Sequence record: OR844650.1
Length of the DNA stretch: 64,000 nt
Reading direction: 5' to 3' (one strand)
Shown one piece after another: positions 1-9,837 of the stretch. Made by a program: the position numbers and the translations under genes. Every line of letters begins with the position of its first letter. The stretch's first letter is position 1. A model generated the notes under the pieces. That model did no database searches, was not told the DNA's origin, and saw only the letters and a program-made list of their open reading frames with translations.

Positions 1-44
1 ACACCAGTACAATAAATTTACTTGTTCAAATAATTTTTTTATAT

Positions 45-347
45 TCATAAAAATCTCACAGATTTAATATTACTGGTTACATGATTTACCCAAGTGTTAT
101 CGAACTTGTAAACAATTGTATTAAGTGATTTATGAAAATTAACCTCGCACACTAATGCCTTGGAACCATTGATTGTACAGACCGTGGATGGTAAGTTGTT
201 TGCTAATATCTCTTTTTCATCTAAACATAGTGAACTAATACAATCATAATAGAGAGGTTCAAGAACTTTTTCAGTACTGAGAAAGTCAAAAGAAAGATCA
301 TCTATTAGTTTTATGTAATCGAATAAATTATGATAATATTCATTCAT
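45..347 (-). CDS. hypothetical protein
   Basis: ORF in packed minus-strand run; start moved to MNEYY, which overlaps the upstream gene's end. Confidence 0.6.
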   Translation of the reverse strand: MNEYYHNLFDYIKLIDDLSFDFLSTEKVLEPLYYDCISSLCLDEKEILANNLPSTVCTINGSKALVCEVNFHKSLNTIVYKFDNTWVNHVTSNIKSVRFL

Positions 348-594
348 TGTAGATCCTTTTAAATTTAGCATTATTAGAATATGTATATGAATGACCAAAA
401 TCATTTACACCATGTACATTTAGTACACCGTCACTGAAATAAATTCGATCAATCGTGAGTTCACGTTTATAATCCCAATCATCATACCAGCACAGAACAC
501 GAATGCCTTTGTACTTTGTAGTTAAATCATTTTCTAATATAGTCAAGTAATCAATATGACTTTTGAATATCTCTAAGTCCTGCTCAAACATCAT
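340..594 (-). CDS. family C small protein
   Basis: N-terminal helix then TKYKGIRVLC. Confidence 0.7.
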   Translation of the reverse strand: MMFEQDLEIFKSHIDYLTILENDLTTKYKGIRVLCWYDDWDYKRELTIDRIYFSDGVLNVHGVNDFGHSYTYSNNAKFKRIYNE

Positions 595-851
595 TGTTCC
601 TCGTATAATTCTATATCATCAACTCCAACTTGGCGAATTGCAGTACTTCTGATGAATGTATTTTTTTCAAACAAACATACTGTTAAACGTATTTCACACT
701 TCAATGCACTGTAATAAATCATATCAATAACACCATATGTTTCATACATTTCTACGTATACATTTCGACCTAAGTACTTTTCTTCTAAATCAGTAATTAG
801 ACTATTGATAAGATTACCTATCTGTGTTATATCTGTGTGAAATTTATCCAT
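591..851 (-). CDS. family C small protein
   Basis: EEKYLGRNVYV. Confidence 0.7.
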   Translation of the reverse strand: MDKFHTDITQIGNLINSLITDLEEKYLGRNVYVEMYETYGVIDMIYYSALKCEIRLTVCLFEKNTFIRSTAIRQVGVDDIELYEEQ

Positions 852-1027
852 TATAATAAACCTCTCACATAAAACATTGATGAAAATAGATAATCATCAG
901 TACTGGAATTTAGTAGTTTATCAAAACTATAATTTTTATGCTTATTTTCATACAAAGACAATCTATAGTATCGTTCTATATTTTCTAAGTAGTCTTTTTG
1001 TAATAACATCTGTGTTGTTACATTCAC
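851..1027 (-). CDS. small hypothetical protein (58 aa, GTG start, not in ORF track)
   Basis: Read by hand; fills the gap exactly; TAA overlaps next ATG; AAGG upstream. Confidence 0.45.
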   Translation of the reverse strand: MNVTTQMLLQKDYLENIERYYRLSLYENKHKNYSFDKLLNSSTDDYLFSSMFYVRGLL

Positions 1028-1040
1028 TATAATGTACCTT

Positions 1041-1073
1041 AAAAGAAAAAGGGACCAATATATGATCCCTTTT
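1041..1073 (-). terminator. putative rho-independent terminator after pseT
   Basis: AAAGGGA..TCCCTTT stem followed by a T-run on the minus strand. Confidence 0.45.
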
Positions 1074-1076
1074 GTA

Positions 1077-2009
1077 TTAGAAATTTCCTTCAGCCACTTG
1101 GAAAACTTTCAACCCAAGTAGCTTACGCCACATGAATACAACTTGATCGCGGTCATCATATACCTTTTTAACATCGTAATGATCAACCACATTTTTCATG
1201 TACAGGTCGAATTTTACAACATCATCAGGACGTTTATCATCGATATCTCGCATAAACAATGCATCGTAAGGAACACCCCAATTCTTAAGCCACTGTTCGG
1301 TATCAGCACGACACCCTTCAGTACGCCCACTCATGACGATAATCTTGCGTTTATGAAAAACTGCTTCAGCGATAATAGACAAAATAACTTCTTCATCAGG
1401 TGTATCCTGAAGAACAGTACTTTCATCGTAAGGATTACGACCCCATTTATGAGCAAGAGTTCCATCGATATCAACGATGATAGCAGCTTCGCGTGAATTA
1501 CCATAGTAACCAATGTGTAATGCCTTACTATAATAGTACGTATCTGCCATTGTGTCAATGATATCATCTTGTACTGAACGCTCACGCTGGAGGTTATATT
1601 TCTTACAAAGTTTTACGAACTCTTTAATCTTAAAGAATTCATGAACATCTGCACCACGGTCTTCATTAGGTACAAAATCATCATAGAAGTTCTTTTCTTT
1701 GTAATCATAACCATTATCTTTAGCCCATACTTTCCAGAGATTACGGAAATGTTGTTTAAGGTTTGTATCGGATATGATGATGTTCCAACCATTCTCTGCT
1801 GCTGAATTTGCTGCACTGAACTGTAAATTAGTTACGTGCTGCTCATTAGCATCGTTGAATTTGTAAGCATCATGTGACCCAGCCATAGATTCACGAATAT
1901 CATCACGGTTGATGTTGATAGTCTTGGATTTGGCATTTTTAATTTCTTGAACTGCCCATGTGGTTTTACCACACCCAGGTAATCCAACTGTTAGTGTAAT
2001 AGTTGGCAT
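1077..2009 (-). CDS. pseT: polynucleotide 5'-kinase / 3'-phosphatase (T4 PNK family)
   Basis: P-loop GLPGCGKTT, INRDDIR, HAD motif DIDGT, SGR, C-terminal DDRDQVV..W..LGL.VFQVA.G.F; 310 aa. Confidence 0.95.
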   Translation of the reverse strand: MPTITLTVGLPGCGKTTWAVQEIKNAKSKTININRDDIRESMAGSHDAYKFNDANEQHVTNLQFSAANSAAENGWNIIISDTNLKQHFRNLWKVWAKDNGYDYKEKNFYDDFVPNEDRGADVHEFFKIKEFVKLCKKYNLQRERSVQDDIIDTMADTYYYSKALHIGYYGNSREAAIIVDIDGTLAHKWGRNPYDESTVLQDTPDEEVILSIIAEAVFHKRKIIVMSGRTEGCRADTEQWLKNWGVPYDALFMRDIDDKRPDDVVKFDLYMKNVVDHYDVKKVYDDRDQVVFMWRKLLGLKVFQVAEGNF

Positions 2010-2021
2010 TATTACTCCTTG

Positions 2022-2336
2022 TTACTCAATGAATTCTACATCTTCGAGTTTGTGCCATCCTCTTGAAAGGTTTCTTGTTCCGTTATTGTATTCAGTGTAT
2101 ACAAAGCATTCACCATTTACTAAATTACCAATAGCAGTACGCGATACTTTAACATCAAGAATTATAGTACTGAACCATTCTCTGATTGTATGATCCCAGC
2201 ATTTAACTTTACATCCAATCAATGTTTTCTTAAAATCGAAAACGTAATCTTCGACCATTGATTCGACAGATTCTATTAGTTCCTTTTCAATGTACTTTAA
2301 CTTTTCGATCCTCTCAAATGCAAGTTCTTTATTCAT
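2022..2336 (-). CDS. family C small protein
   Basis: KKTLIGCKVKC after N-terminal helix. Confidence 0.7.
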   Translation of the reverse strand: MNKELAFERIEKLKYIEKELIESVESMVEDYVFDFKKTLIGCKVKCWDHTIREWFSTIILDVKVSRTAIGNLVNGECFVYTEYNNGTRNLSRGWHKLEDVEFIE

Positions 2337-2342
2337 ATGTCC

Positions 2343-2597
2343 TCAATTATCTAGAACATCCACTATCAAACAAGCTTCAATAACGAAACAATCATCTAAT
2401 TCAAAGAGTAATTGATAGTCATCAGAAAACTTCACTTTAGTAATGTAAGCACTTTCAATTCCACCACTATGATAAGAACTATATAAAATACATTTACCTG
2501 TATATTCCTCACGGATACGACTAAATTCTTCATATAAATGAGTAATAAACGTATCCGCAGTTTTGTTGTAGTATTTTAGGTCACTTACTGTGCTCAT
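2343..2597 (-). CDS. family C small protein
   Basis: REEYTGKCILY. Confidence 0.7.
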   Translation of the reverse strand: MSTVSDLKYYNKTADTFITHLYEEFSRIREEYTGKCILYSSYHSGGIESAYITKVKFSDDYQLLFELDDCFVIEACLIVDVLDN

Positions 2598-2811
2598 TAA
2601 CTTTTCCTACTCCAAATCGCTTGGAGATTTTCACAAGTACAGATTCATCACAACGAATACTAGCAGTATCATTGGATGAACTGTACTTTAATGGGGTCCA
2701 CTGTAATTGAGATTCTTCTAGGAACTTGATACATCTGAAATAATCTTTCAAGGAAAGAAATTTAACTACTGACATATCCTGAACAATACTATGCTGAACT
2801 TCAACTTTCAT
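2581..2811 (-). CDS. hypothetical protein
   Basis: ORF with GGAG RBS, packed. Confidence 0.6.
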   Translation of the reverse strand: MKVEVQHSIVQDMSVVKFLSLKDYFRCIKFLEESQLQWTPLKYSSSNDTASIRCDESVLVKISKRFGVGKVNEHSK

Positions 2812-2820
2812 ATGAACTCC

Positions 2821-3078
2821 TTATAGTGGGTCAAATTTATTTTCACGTTTCGATGTATAGCGAGTTACATCATGTATTCTCGGCTTAACACCTTTTGGTT
2901 TCCTTTTCTTCTTGTATTCAGTACTACTACATCCGAAGGTATTCTCGATTCGTTTCTTACTTATCTTCACACCTTTCATTGAGCGTTTGTGCTGTAATTC
3001 ATCGATTTCTTCTTGTATTTTCCTGAACTCAGTCGGAGAAAGGGAACCGTCATTTTTATACTTAGGTTTAGCCATCAC
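2821..3078 (-). CDS. small basic hypothetical protein
   Basis: Lys/Arg-rich; AAGGAG RBS. Confidence 0.65.
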   Translation of the reverse strand: MMAKPKYKNDGSLSPTEFRKIQEEIDELQHKRSMKGVKISKKRIENTFGCSSTEYKKKRKPKGVKPRIHDVTRYTSKRENKFDPL

Positions 3079-3105
3079 TTCTCCTTGTGCTTAGGCTAGA
3101 TAGTA

Positions 3106-4248
3106 CTAAAAATCCTTTAGTACAATTTTCATGTATTTTATAAGAGTCTCTTTGTAATCAACTTTCTTATTGTTATACATTGCAAAGGCCAAGCCCTGAC
3201 GATTCAGTTCATTAGTTAAACACTCCTGAACCTTCATTGCGAATTCCTTTCGCTCCAAGTGCTTGTGTTCCTTGACGAAGCTTTCTACTTCATCTTGTAA
3301 TGCATTATAGCACGAAAATACCAATTGTTCCATTCTTAATATCTTTTGCATAGCATATTCATCAGTACTGAACAATTGTTTTAAATCATCACTTGAACCA
3401 TTTAATACTGCTTCATATAAATGAGAATCAATAATAATACTATCTTTTGTAAGATGTAATGAACTGTACCAGTCAGTCTTTATTTTACACATTGTCCCAT
3501 TATTTAGGATGCACACAAAACCCTCAATATCAAGCATTTTATGAACTTCCTCCACGCTTTCACGGAAGGTATTTCGTACCGGAAAAGTGTGATGAATATC
3601 TTTTCCAGTCATATTAGTACTGTACTGTGCAAGACATGGAAACTTATCACGTAGTGCTTTACCACATAGCAACTCACCACTCACACGATGACGAACGTTC
3701 AGTACAAACAGTTGTTCTACCTGATATGGTAATACAATTCGGTACTCTGGGCTTGTATACTCCATATTAACTGTGTAACCTAAACGTTCCGCTTCGTCGA
3801 TGTACTGATACAAATTCTGGTTCTCGTTAATAAGTCGAGTACTGTTAATCGCATGGTCAGAATACAATGCAGTATGTGATTTACAACGAATCTCACCATC
3901 ATTATCACGGTAAGTACTGATAATCGAACCATCCAACTTAGGCATCACTACCGCAATGTCATCGCATGTGGTGTTAGCAGGGAACATTGTAGCAGGATTC
4001 TCGTAAGCATTGAAGAACTTTTTCATTGTACGTGCTGCACAACGTATCATTTCACCTTCTTCATCAATTTCCCACATAGAGCCACGGGTTTCCAACGCAT
4101 TTGGTTGCATGAAATCAGTGTATGATGCTAGACGATAACTGAATACACGATACGTGCCACCAGCAGGACTTTTATGATCCACATAAAAGAATGCATCGTT
4201 TGTATTACATAAGTGCATTAAATCTTCATATATTTGCAAAAGGGTCAT
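3106..4248 (-). CDS. rnlA: RNA ligase 1 (T4 RnlA family)
   Basis: Motif I KLDGS, N-terminal YRxFSYRLASYTDF, KFFN, EYTSP, EGFV, KIKTDWY; close to pseT as in T4. Confidence 0.93.
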   Translation of the reverse strand: MTLLQIYEDLMHLCNTNDAFFYVDHKSPAGGTYRVFSYRLASYTDFMQPNALETRGSMWEIDEEGEMIRCAARTMKKFFNAYENPATMFPANTTCDDIAVVMPKLDGSIISTYRDNDGEIRCKSHTALYSDHAINSTRLINENQNLYQYIDEAERLGYTVNMEYTSPEYRIVLPYQVEQLFVLNVRHRVSGELLCGKALRDKFPCLAQYSTNMTGKDIHHTFPVRNTFRESVEEVHKMLDIEGFVCILNNGTMCKIKTDWYSSLHLTKDSIIIDSHLYEAVLNGSSDDLKQLFSTDEYAMQKILRMEQLVFSCYNALQDEVESFVKEHKHLERKEFAMKVQECLTNELNRQGLAFAMYNNKKVDYKETLIKYMKIVLKDF

Positions 4249-4508
4249 TTTATTACCTCTATATCTACATCAGTTCCATAATATGATATTAATCCATCAT
4301 CAGATTCACACTGAATAGACAACTCAGATTCATAGTATGTTACTTTATTCACTGTTAGTACTTGTTCTTCAATTACTCCAGAAAAATAATTCATCTCACG
4401 TACACGAACTTTAGTTCCTTTAGGTAGTTCATCTGAGATTTTTCGAACAAGATCATAAGCAGCCTGTTCAAGTGTGTACAGTAATTGTAATCTATCTTGA
4501 ATATTCAT
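4245..4508 (-). CDS. family C-like small protein
   Basis: ELPKGTKVRV; start moved to MNIQDRL. Confidence 0.6.
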   Translation of the reverse strand: MNIQDRLQLLYTLEQAAYDLVRKISDELPKGTKVRVREMNYFSGVIEEQVLTVNKVTYYESELSIQCESDDGLISYYGTDVDIEVIK

Positions 4509-4509
4509 A

Positions 4510-5199
4510 TTATTTCCACCAACTGGTATCACGTCCATTAGACAAAGATTCATTGTACTGATGCCTAAAATTAGTTTTTGGATTATTGTTCATAGTACTA
4601 ATAAAATCAAATTTAACATTCTCTTGAATATATTTTTTAACACTATCTTTAAATTTAATAGTACTGAAGTCTAAATCTAGATGTTCATACAATACCGGAT
4701 GACAAAACTCATGTGTACGCAACGCTGGCATGGTATCCTTAATGTATTGCACAGTGTTAATCATTGCATTGTATTCCGGCATAGCACGCATCATCATTAG
4801 CTGAAAGTGTTCTTCCTCTGACATTGACTCATCCAAATCAATAACGACTTCATCATTTTTAGAGTCATAAACTTTAATGGTACTCTTGGTTGGATCAAGC
4901 ATAGCCCACTCTGGATACAGGCATGTTTTCCAAAAAGGATTATTGCACTGAAACATACTAATGAGATTTTGATCTTTATCAAAAATAGCAAATCCAAGAT
5001 CCGAACTTGGTTGTACTTCACATACACAAATATCGTAAGACGAGTCTTCAGTACTGAGTGAACCAACTACATTTGATATATGTGAATATGGAGTTTCTCT
5101 TGACTCCAACTGAAATGTACTTTCAATTCGATTGATTTGTGGATGTAATGTAATTACACCCCTTAGTACATATAAAATTCTATCTAAATCTTTAATCAA
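4510..5199 (-). CDS. family A protein (FQ motif)
   Basis: SEEEHFQLMM. Confidence 0.7.
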   Translation of the reverse strand: MIKDLDRILYVLRGVITLHPQINRIESTFQLESRETPYSHISNVVGSLSTEDSSYDICVCEVQPSSDLGFAIFDKDQNLISMFQCNNPFWKTCLYPEWAMLDPTKSTIKVYDSKNDEVVIDLDESMSEEEHFQLMMMRAMPEYNAMINTVQYIKDTMPALRTHEFCHPVLYEHLDLDFSTIKFKDSVKKYIQENVKFDFISTMNNNPKTNFRHQYNESLSNGRDTSWWK

Positions 5200-5774
5200 A
5201 ATTCTATCCCCGTATCAGTTAATTTCGTTCCGTCCATGTACTTAACAGTTATTTCAATGCGTCGATCAGTACTCAATTTTTGAAGATCATTGTAGTACAA
5301 TTTAAATTCTTCAAAGAACTCAAGTGGTGGAATATCGTATAAAGTACTAATCTGGAAGTGCTCAGGTAATCCAAATTCCAATATATCAATCTTAGGCATA
5401 AGTCCATCGGCTGCTGCACCTTCTGGAGTACTGCTATCTGCTACATAAAACATAGAATTACCATGACGCTGGATAACGAATATGCAATCATCTTCACTTA
5501 CATAAATCATATTTCCAAGGTATGGATCGTTATCACACCAATTATCATGGACGAGTTGTTCAACTTGAAGTAAATCTTTTATAATTCCCTGACCACTATC
5601 GTCAACTAGAATATGTAAACCAGAACAATCTTTGCTCAACCAGCGGTATCTTGCATCACATCCTGATTCCATAAATGGATATTTTGAAAAATCCATATCA
5701 GTACCATTATAAAACCAATCGTACCACTCATTACGCATACTAATCAGCTTAGTACTTAATTCTAATACATTCAT
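5196..5774 (-). CDS. family A protein (FQ motif)
   Basis: PEHFQISTLYD. Confidence 0.75.
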   Translation of the reverse strand: MNVLELSTKLISMRNEWYDWFYNGTDMDFSKYPFMESGCDARYRWLSKDCSGLHILVDDSGQGIIKDLLQVEQLVHDNWCDNDPYLGNMIYVSEDDCIFVIQRHGNSMFYVADSSTPEGAAADGLMPKIDILEFGLPEHFQISTLYDIPPLEFFEEFKLYYNDLQKLSTDRRIEITVKYMDGTKLTDTGIEF

Positions 5775-5781
5775 TTTAGTT

Positions 5782-6084
5782 TTATCCTCTTAATTTAATA
5801 GTACTGGCTGGATATTCTACAAAAGTATTATCTGGTAATCCTATACAGTAATAAGGTAAATACCCCATCTTTATATTAATACCAATTAAAATTCCTGTTT
5901 TATATGAAGTATTAATTCCATAGTAATCGTCTATATCAACAGCAAGTCCATATAATGATATGTTACAATCCTTGATGTATCGGTCAAACATTTTATACAT
6001 TGATGGATATAAAGTTCCATTGGATTGTCTCACCAAATCAGCCAACATTTTGATAGTACTGTTAATTAAATCTATACTGAACAT
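5782..6084 (-). CDS. hypothetical protein (family C-like)
   Basis: Helix then beta-rich C-terminus; packed ORF. Confidence 0.6.
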   Translation of the reverse strand: MFSIDLINSTIKMLADLVRQSNGTLYPSMYKMFDRYIKDCNISLYGLAVDIDDYYGINTSYKTGILIGINIKMGYLPYYCIGLPDNTFVEYPASTIKLRG

Positions 6085-6128
6085 CTTTGTACCTGCGAAA
6101 AAAGACCAGCAAACGCTGGCCTAAGAAT

Positions 6129-6410
6129 TTAAATTATTTCATAAAGACAATATACACCATCAACGCCAGCATCAGGAAAATCAACATAGAAATTGACACT
6201 AACAGTGTCGTAATCTATATCAGTGATTCGTCCGGTTTTACCTACACTTTTTACAAATATATCAGACCCAAGATACACAAACTCGAACTCGTCAGCATAC
6301 TCTTTTATGATATCTGCGAACCAACAACCACACCTAGGTTCTGTGTTAATAATTTCAAGATATAATGTAATATATTGTTCGTATGTCCATGTGTGTAGAT
6401 AAAAATCCAT
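6129..6410 (-). CDS. hypothetical protein (family C-like)
   Basis: FVYLGSDIFV. Confidence 0.6.
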   Translation of the reverse strand: MDFYLHTWTYEQYITLYLEIINTEPRCGCWFADIIKEYADEFEFVYLGSDIFVKSVGKTGRITDIDYDTVSVNFYVDFPDAGVDGVYCLYEII

Positions 6411-6420
6411 AGAAGTTTCC

Positions 6421-7158
6421 TTAGAAATATATCATACCCATCAATTCAGAATCGGCGGGGCGAGTATAACCTTGCTTCTTAACTTTAAAATAGAATGATT
6501 CATGCTCTTCTAAATTATAACGTTTTTTCAAGCAACGAGTGTATGTCTGACAATTTGGGTGAACCCATTCATAAATGTGAATGCCATTTTCGTCATAACC
6601 ATTTATACTACAACGATTTCCTTCATGCTTCATGAAGTTTTTACTTTTTTCAGTAAATTCTTTCACTGTAGTTGTATATGGAGATTTGTATTCAAAAGGA
6701 ACTTCAGTCATACGAAAATAATAGTATTCTTCGTCTTCATCATATCCCAAGAGCACTGTGTTAGTTTCACGTACATTGTAATGATTCTTACTTTTTAATT
6801 CATTTTCGTATATATCTTTCAGTACTTCTGCAAAAACTTCCTCGCTTGATGCATTAGGATTAGATACACCTGATACTCGGCGTTCAATAATAAAATCAGT
6901 GAATTTACGGTCTTCGGCAATATCTTCGTTCATATAAAGACTAACAAACTTATCCTTATATGTCTTTACACTATATTGCTTACTTTGCACTTCACTATAA
7001 ACATCTGCTAACATATTCTCCTGACCACACTGCACACCACTTACAGAATAAGCACATGCATGTTCAGCCATTACTGATGTTAACATTTGGAAATTTGCCA
7101 TGTTTAATTCATTCGCCATCTCTGTAGCGAAACGGATACGGTCAAGCATTTCACACAC
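6421..7158 (-). CDS. hypothetical protein
   Basis: 245-aa ORF, AAGGAG RBS, TGnTATAAT upstream (~7190). Confidence 0.75.
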   Translation of the reverse strand: MCEMLDRIRFATEMANELNMANFQMLTSVMAEHACAYSVSGVQCGQENMLADVYSEVQSKQYSVKTYKDKFVSLYMNEDIAEDRKFTDFIIERRVSGVSNPNASSEEVFAEVLKDIYENELKSKNHYNVRETNTVLLGYDEDEEYYYFRMTEVPFEYKSPYTTTVKEFTEKSKNFMKHEGNRCSINGYDENGIHIYEWVHPNCQTYTRCLKKRYNLEEHESFYFKVKKQGYTRPADSELMGMIYF

Positions 7159-7207
7159 TCCTTGTGTTAATTATTGTTCCTTACCCATTATTATATCATG
7201 AATTAAA

Positions 7208-7504
7208 CTATTGTCCCTGTTTATAGCAATAAAGATTCTCTAATTTAAAGTCCACTAGGTCACATTCAGAACGTACTCGATTCTTGTTCCAGAATAAAAT
7301 ACGAATCCTTTCATAATCACGATAAACACTAATAATGCTTCGGTGCTTGGATTTGTAGTACTCCTGTACTATCCCCAGATACACAGTCCTCAATAAAGAC
7401 TTAGTTGGATAGGGAATATTCTGTGCTGACGTGATATTGTAAATCATCTTCATTGTTTCAGCAATAAGTACTTCATTTGTTCTCATTGTAATCCTTACAT
7501 ACAC
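7208..7504 (-). CDS. family C-like small protein
   Basis: Same size and layout as the neighbouring array. Confidence 0.55.
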   Translation of the reverse strand: MYVRITMRTNEVLIAETMKMIYNITSAQNIPYPTKSLLRTVYLGIVQEYYKSKHRSIISVYRDYERIRILFWNKNRVRSECDLVDFKLENLYCYKQGQ

Positions 7505-7649
7505 TATGCAAAGTAAACCCTAAACCAACACCGACAAATGGAAATAGTAAATTGATATACCAAGTATTAATTGATGAAAGGAAACAAATCCCACATACTG
7601 TCAGTACTGCCAATGAAAAAAGACTCCAGATAAAAAATACTGTTCTCAT
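7473..7649 (-). CDS. small two-helix membrane protein (58 aa, not in ORF track)
   Basis: MRTVFFIWSLFSLAVLTVCGICFL..YINLLFPFVGVGLGFTL; GAGG RBS; ATG overlaps upstream stop. Confidence 0.6.
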   Translation of the reverse strand: MRTVFFIWSLFSLAVLTVCGICFLSSINTWYINLLFPFVGVGLGFTLHSVCKDYNENK

Positions 7650-7936
7650 AAAAATATTACCTCATCAAATGAAAAGTTTAAGTACGTTGTTGAATCTTGG
7701 TCTAAACTATGAATAGTAATATGACCATTGAAATAAAAAGAAACATCAACTATTTGAAGTTTTGGGTATTTTCTAGTACTGAAATATCTACCCACTAACA
7801 CAGCATATATATAATCCCTGTACTCTTGAGTAATGAATTCATACATATTATGATTTGCACTGCACTTTTCATCATAAGTATTAGTATATTCTTTCATCAG
7901 TAGAGTATATGTTTTTTGTATTAATATGATATTCAT
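7646..7936 (-). CDS. family C small protein
   Basis: LIQKTYTLL; VLVGRYF; YFNG. Confidence 0.7.
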   Translation of the reverse strand: MNIILIQKTYTLLMKEYTNTYDEKCSANHNMYEFITQEYRDYIYAVLVGRYFSTRKYPKLQIVDVSFYFNGHITIHSLDQDSTTYLNFSFDEVIFL

Positions 7937-8196
7937 AAATCACCTAATACCTCAAAAATTACTGATATTGGGTATAATGGGTTACCAGTTGAAGTAATAC
8001 ATACAATTAGTACGTTTTTTCCTGGTCCCACATCCGTTATAGTGAAATTAATATTATTAATATTCAGTGATTTACCAATATAATGCTCTTTCAATAATTC
8101 AACAAAATAATCCAGTACTGGATTATCTGCACTATATGATAACTCAGTACTTGATATCATTTTATATGTATGAACTATTAGTTCAGCTTTAGTCAT
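7933..8196 (-). CDS. family C small protein
   Basis: Start moved to MTKAELIVHTYKMI; HYIGKSL. Confidence 0.7.
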   Translation of the reverse strand: MTKAELIVHTYKMISSTELSYSADNPVLDYFVELLKEHYIGKSLNINNINFTITDVGPGKNVLIVCITSTGNPLYPISVIFEVLGDL

Positions 8197-8389
8197 GAAC
8201 ACGCTCACAATTAAGGCAATAAATGCACTCAATGTCAGGTCGCCATGATTTATCAAAATCTTTGTGTTGTTCTTCGGTGTATTCCGCATCATCATTAATA
8301 GGGAAGAAATCACCAGCACCAGTCGCCCAGTCTGAATCTAAACGGAAACGAGCTAATTGAGTACTGTTACAATATGGACATTTATTCAA
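8189..8389 (-). CDS. small C4 zinc-ribbon protein
   Basis: CPYC...CLNC. Confidence 0.7.
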   Translation of the reverse strand: MNKCPYCNSTQLARFRLDSDWATGAGDFFPINDDAEYTEEQHKDFDKSWRPDIECIYCLNCERVHD

Positions 8390-8666
8390 AATTTATTCCT
8401 TCTAACTGATATACGTTTAATGAAAATGACCCACTATTATTATCGCATCTGAAACACAGTGTTAAAGAACCATTAAAACTAACTACATCCGTACAGATAC
8501 ATTTTTCACCATTGGATATGATAGATTTTCCTATATATAAATCTCTTACTATAGTACGGTAATGTTGCCATAAAAAATAATACACACTTTCATAGTACTC
8601 ATCTTTTACATATGATAAGTATAAGAATTTATAAAATACTTGTATTTCCTTTAAGTTGTTTTTCAT
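8382..8666 (-). CDS. family C small protein
   Basis: EIQVFYKFLY; LYIGKSI; VSFNG. Confidence 0.75.
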   Translation of the reverse strand: MKNNLKEIQVFYKFLYLSYVKDEYYESVYYFLWQHYRTIVRDLYIGKSIISNGEKCICTDVVSFNGSLTLCFRCDNNSGSFSLNVYQLEGINFE

Positions 8667-8940
8667 TCTCCAACTCCAGTAAATTTACACCAATCCAATC
8701 AACATCACTATCAGTACTTAATTCCAATCGTAGCTTACCGCTATGACTAACAATATCGCGGAATTTGTATATTTTATTATCACGAACTATACACAAATCA
8801 TGGTAATATTCATGTAATTCATCCAAAAACTTTATCCATACCGAACGATAGATTTCACTGTAGAGATATTCTCCAGCATCAACCGTAGCGTATTGGATAT
8901 ACAAAAATTTGTATGTGAATTGTATATCATTTAATAACAT
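8629..8940 (-). CDS. family C small protein
   Basis: NDIQFTYKFLY; VSHSG. Confidence 0.75.
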   Translation of the reverse strand: MLLNDIQFTYKFLYIQYATVDAGEYLYSEIYRSVWIKFLDELHEYYHDLCIVRDNKIYKFRDIVSHSGKLRLELSTDSDVDWIGVNLLELENEKQLKGNTSIL

Positions 8941-8950
8941 ATGTAACCTC

Positions 8951-9262
8951 TTATAAATTCACCAACTTCACAACTTTAATCTCGATAAATCCCCTATCGG
9001 TTATTTCCTGAAATTGAACATGGATTATACCATTATATGATTGCACACCATAGAAATCGAATTTATCATTTCCATCGATAAAAGTACTGTAATTCTTTTT
9101 TATATATTCACCTACTGAATCTAAGTACTCAATATATAAATCAATAAATGGTTGTTCTTTGGATCGGTTATGTGAACCTATGTTGTTACTAACAAGGTAT
9201 ACATCATACAAATCATATAGTATCTTATAAGTGAATTGTATATCATTTAAATTTAATCCCAA
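8951..9262 (-). CDS. family C small protein
   Basis: NDIQFTYKILY; QSYNG. Confidence 0.75.
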   Translation of the reverse strand: MGLNLNDIQFTYKILYDLYDVYLVSNNIGSHNRSKEQPFIDLYIEYLDSVGEYIKKNYSTFIDGNDKFDFYGVQSYNGIIHVQFQEITDRGFIEIKVVKLVNL

Positions 9263-9519
9263 GGGAATATCTCCAACGGAATACTGGTAAATCCAAAATC
9301 AGTGTAGTACTGAACCTCAACTTTACCATCACGTCTAATGATTATATCAGAAAATTCTGCATGGTCATCACCAATAATAACAGTACTGAATTTTTTTTTA
9401 ATCTTACCACGAATCGTATGAATCATTTCAGTGCATGTGTCTTCTAGACTAGGGCTATCATTGTCGTGTGCTAAATCTTGAATAATCTTGTATGTTAGTA
9501 GGAAATCTTTATAATTCAT
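9253..9519 (-). CDS. family C small protein
   Basis: MNYKDFLLTYKII. Confidence 0.7.
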   Translation of the reverse strand: MNYKDFLLTYKIIQDLAHDNDSPSLEDTCTEMIHTIRGKIKKKFSTVIIGDDHAEFSDIIIRRDGKVEVQYYTDFGFTSIPLEIFPWD

Positions 9520-9791
9520 ATGTCCACCAAATCTATACTATATCTTTCATTAGTATTACTATCTATAAATGATAGTACTAATTTACCACCAAAACTATTA
9601 ACTTGTTCTATCTTCTGTTTTTTACCACGAATGATTATCTCACTATTAACAAAATATTCACGTATCATTATTAAGTGATTAATCCAGATAGTATGAGTGA
9701 ATGTGTTTTCTCGTATTGTATTGAGATATCTTCCATTGTGATGTAAATCAAACAAAACACTGTATGTATATTGTAGAACTTTATAATTCAT
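9516..9791 (-). CDS. family C small protein
   Basis: MNYKVLQYTYSVL; NSFGG. Confidence 0.75.
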   Translation of the reverse strand: MNYKVLQYTYSVLFDLHHNGRYLNTIRENTFTHTIWINHLIMIREYFVNSEIIIRGKKQKIEQVNSFGGKLVLSFIDSNTNERYSIDLVDI

Positions 9792-9803
9792 ATATCCCCT
9801 TAC

Positions 9804-9831
9804 AAAAATAGCCCGAACTTATGTCGGGCTA
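9804..9831 (-). terminator. rho-independent terminator
   Basis: TAGCCCGA / TCGGGCTA stem plus T5 on the minus strand. Confidence 0.7.
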
Positions 9832-9837
9832 TGTACA

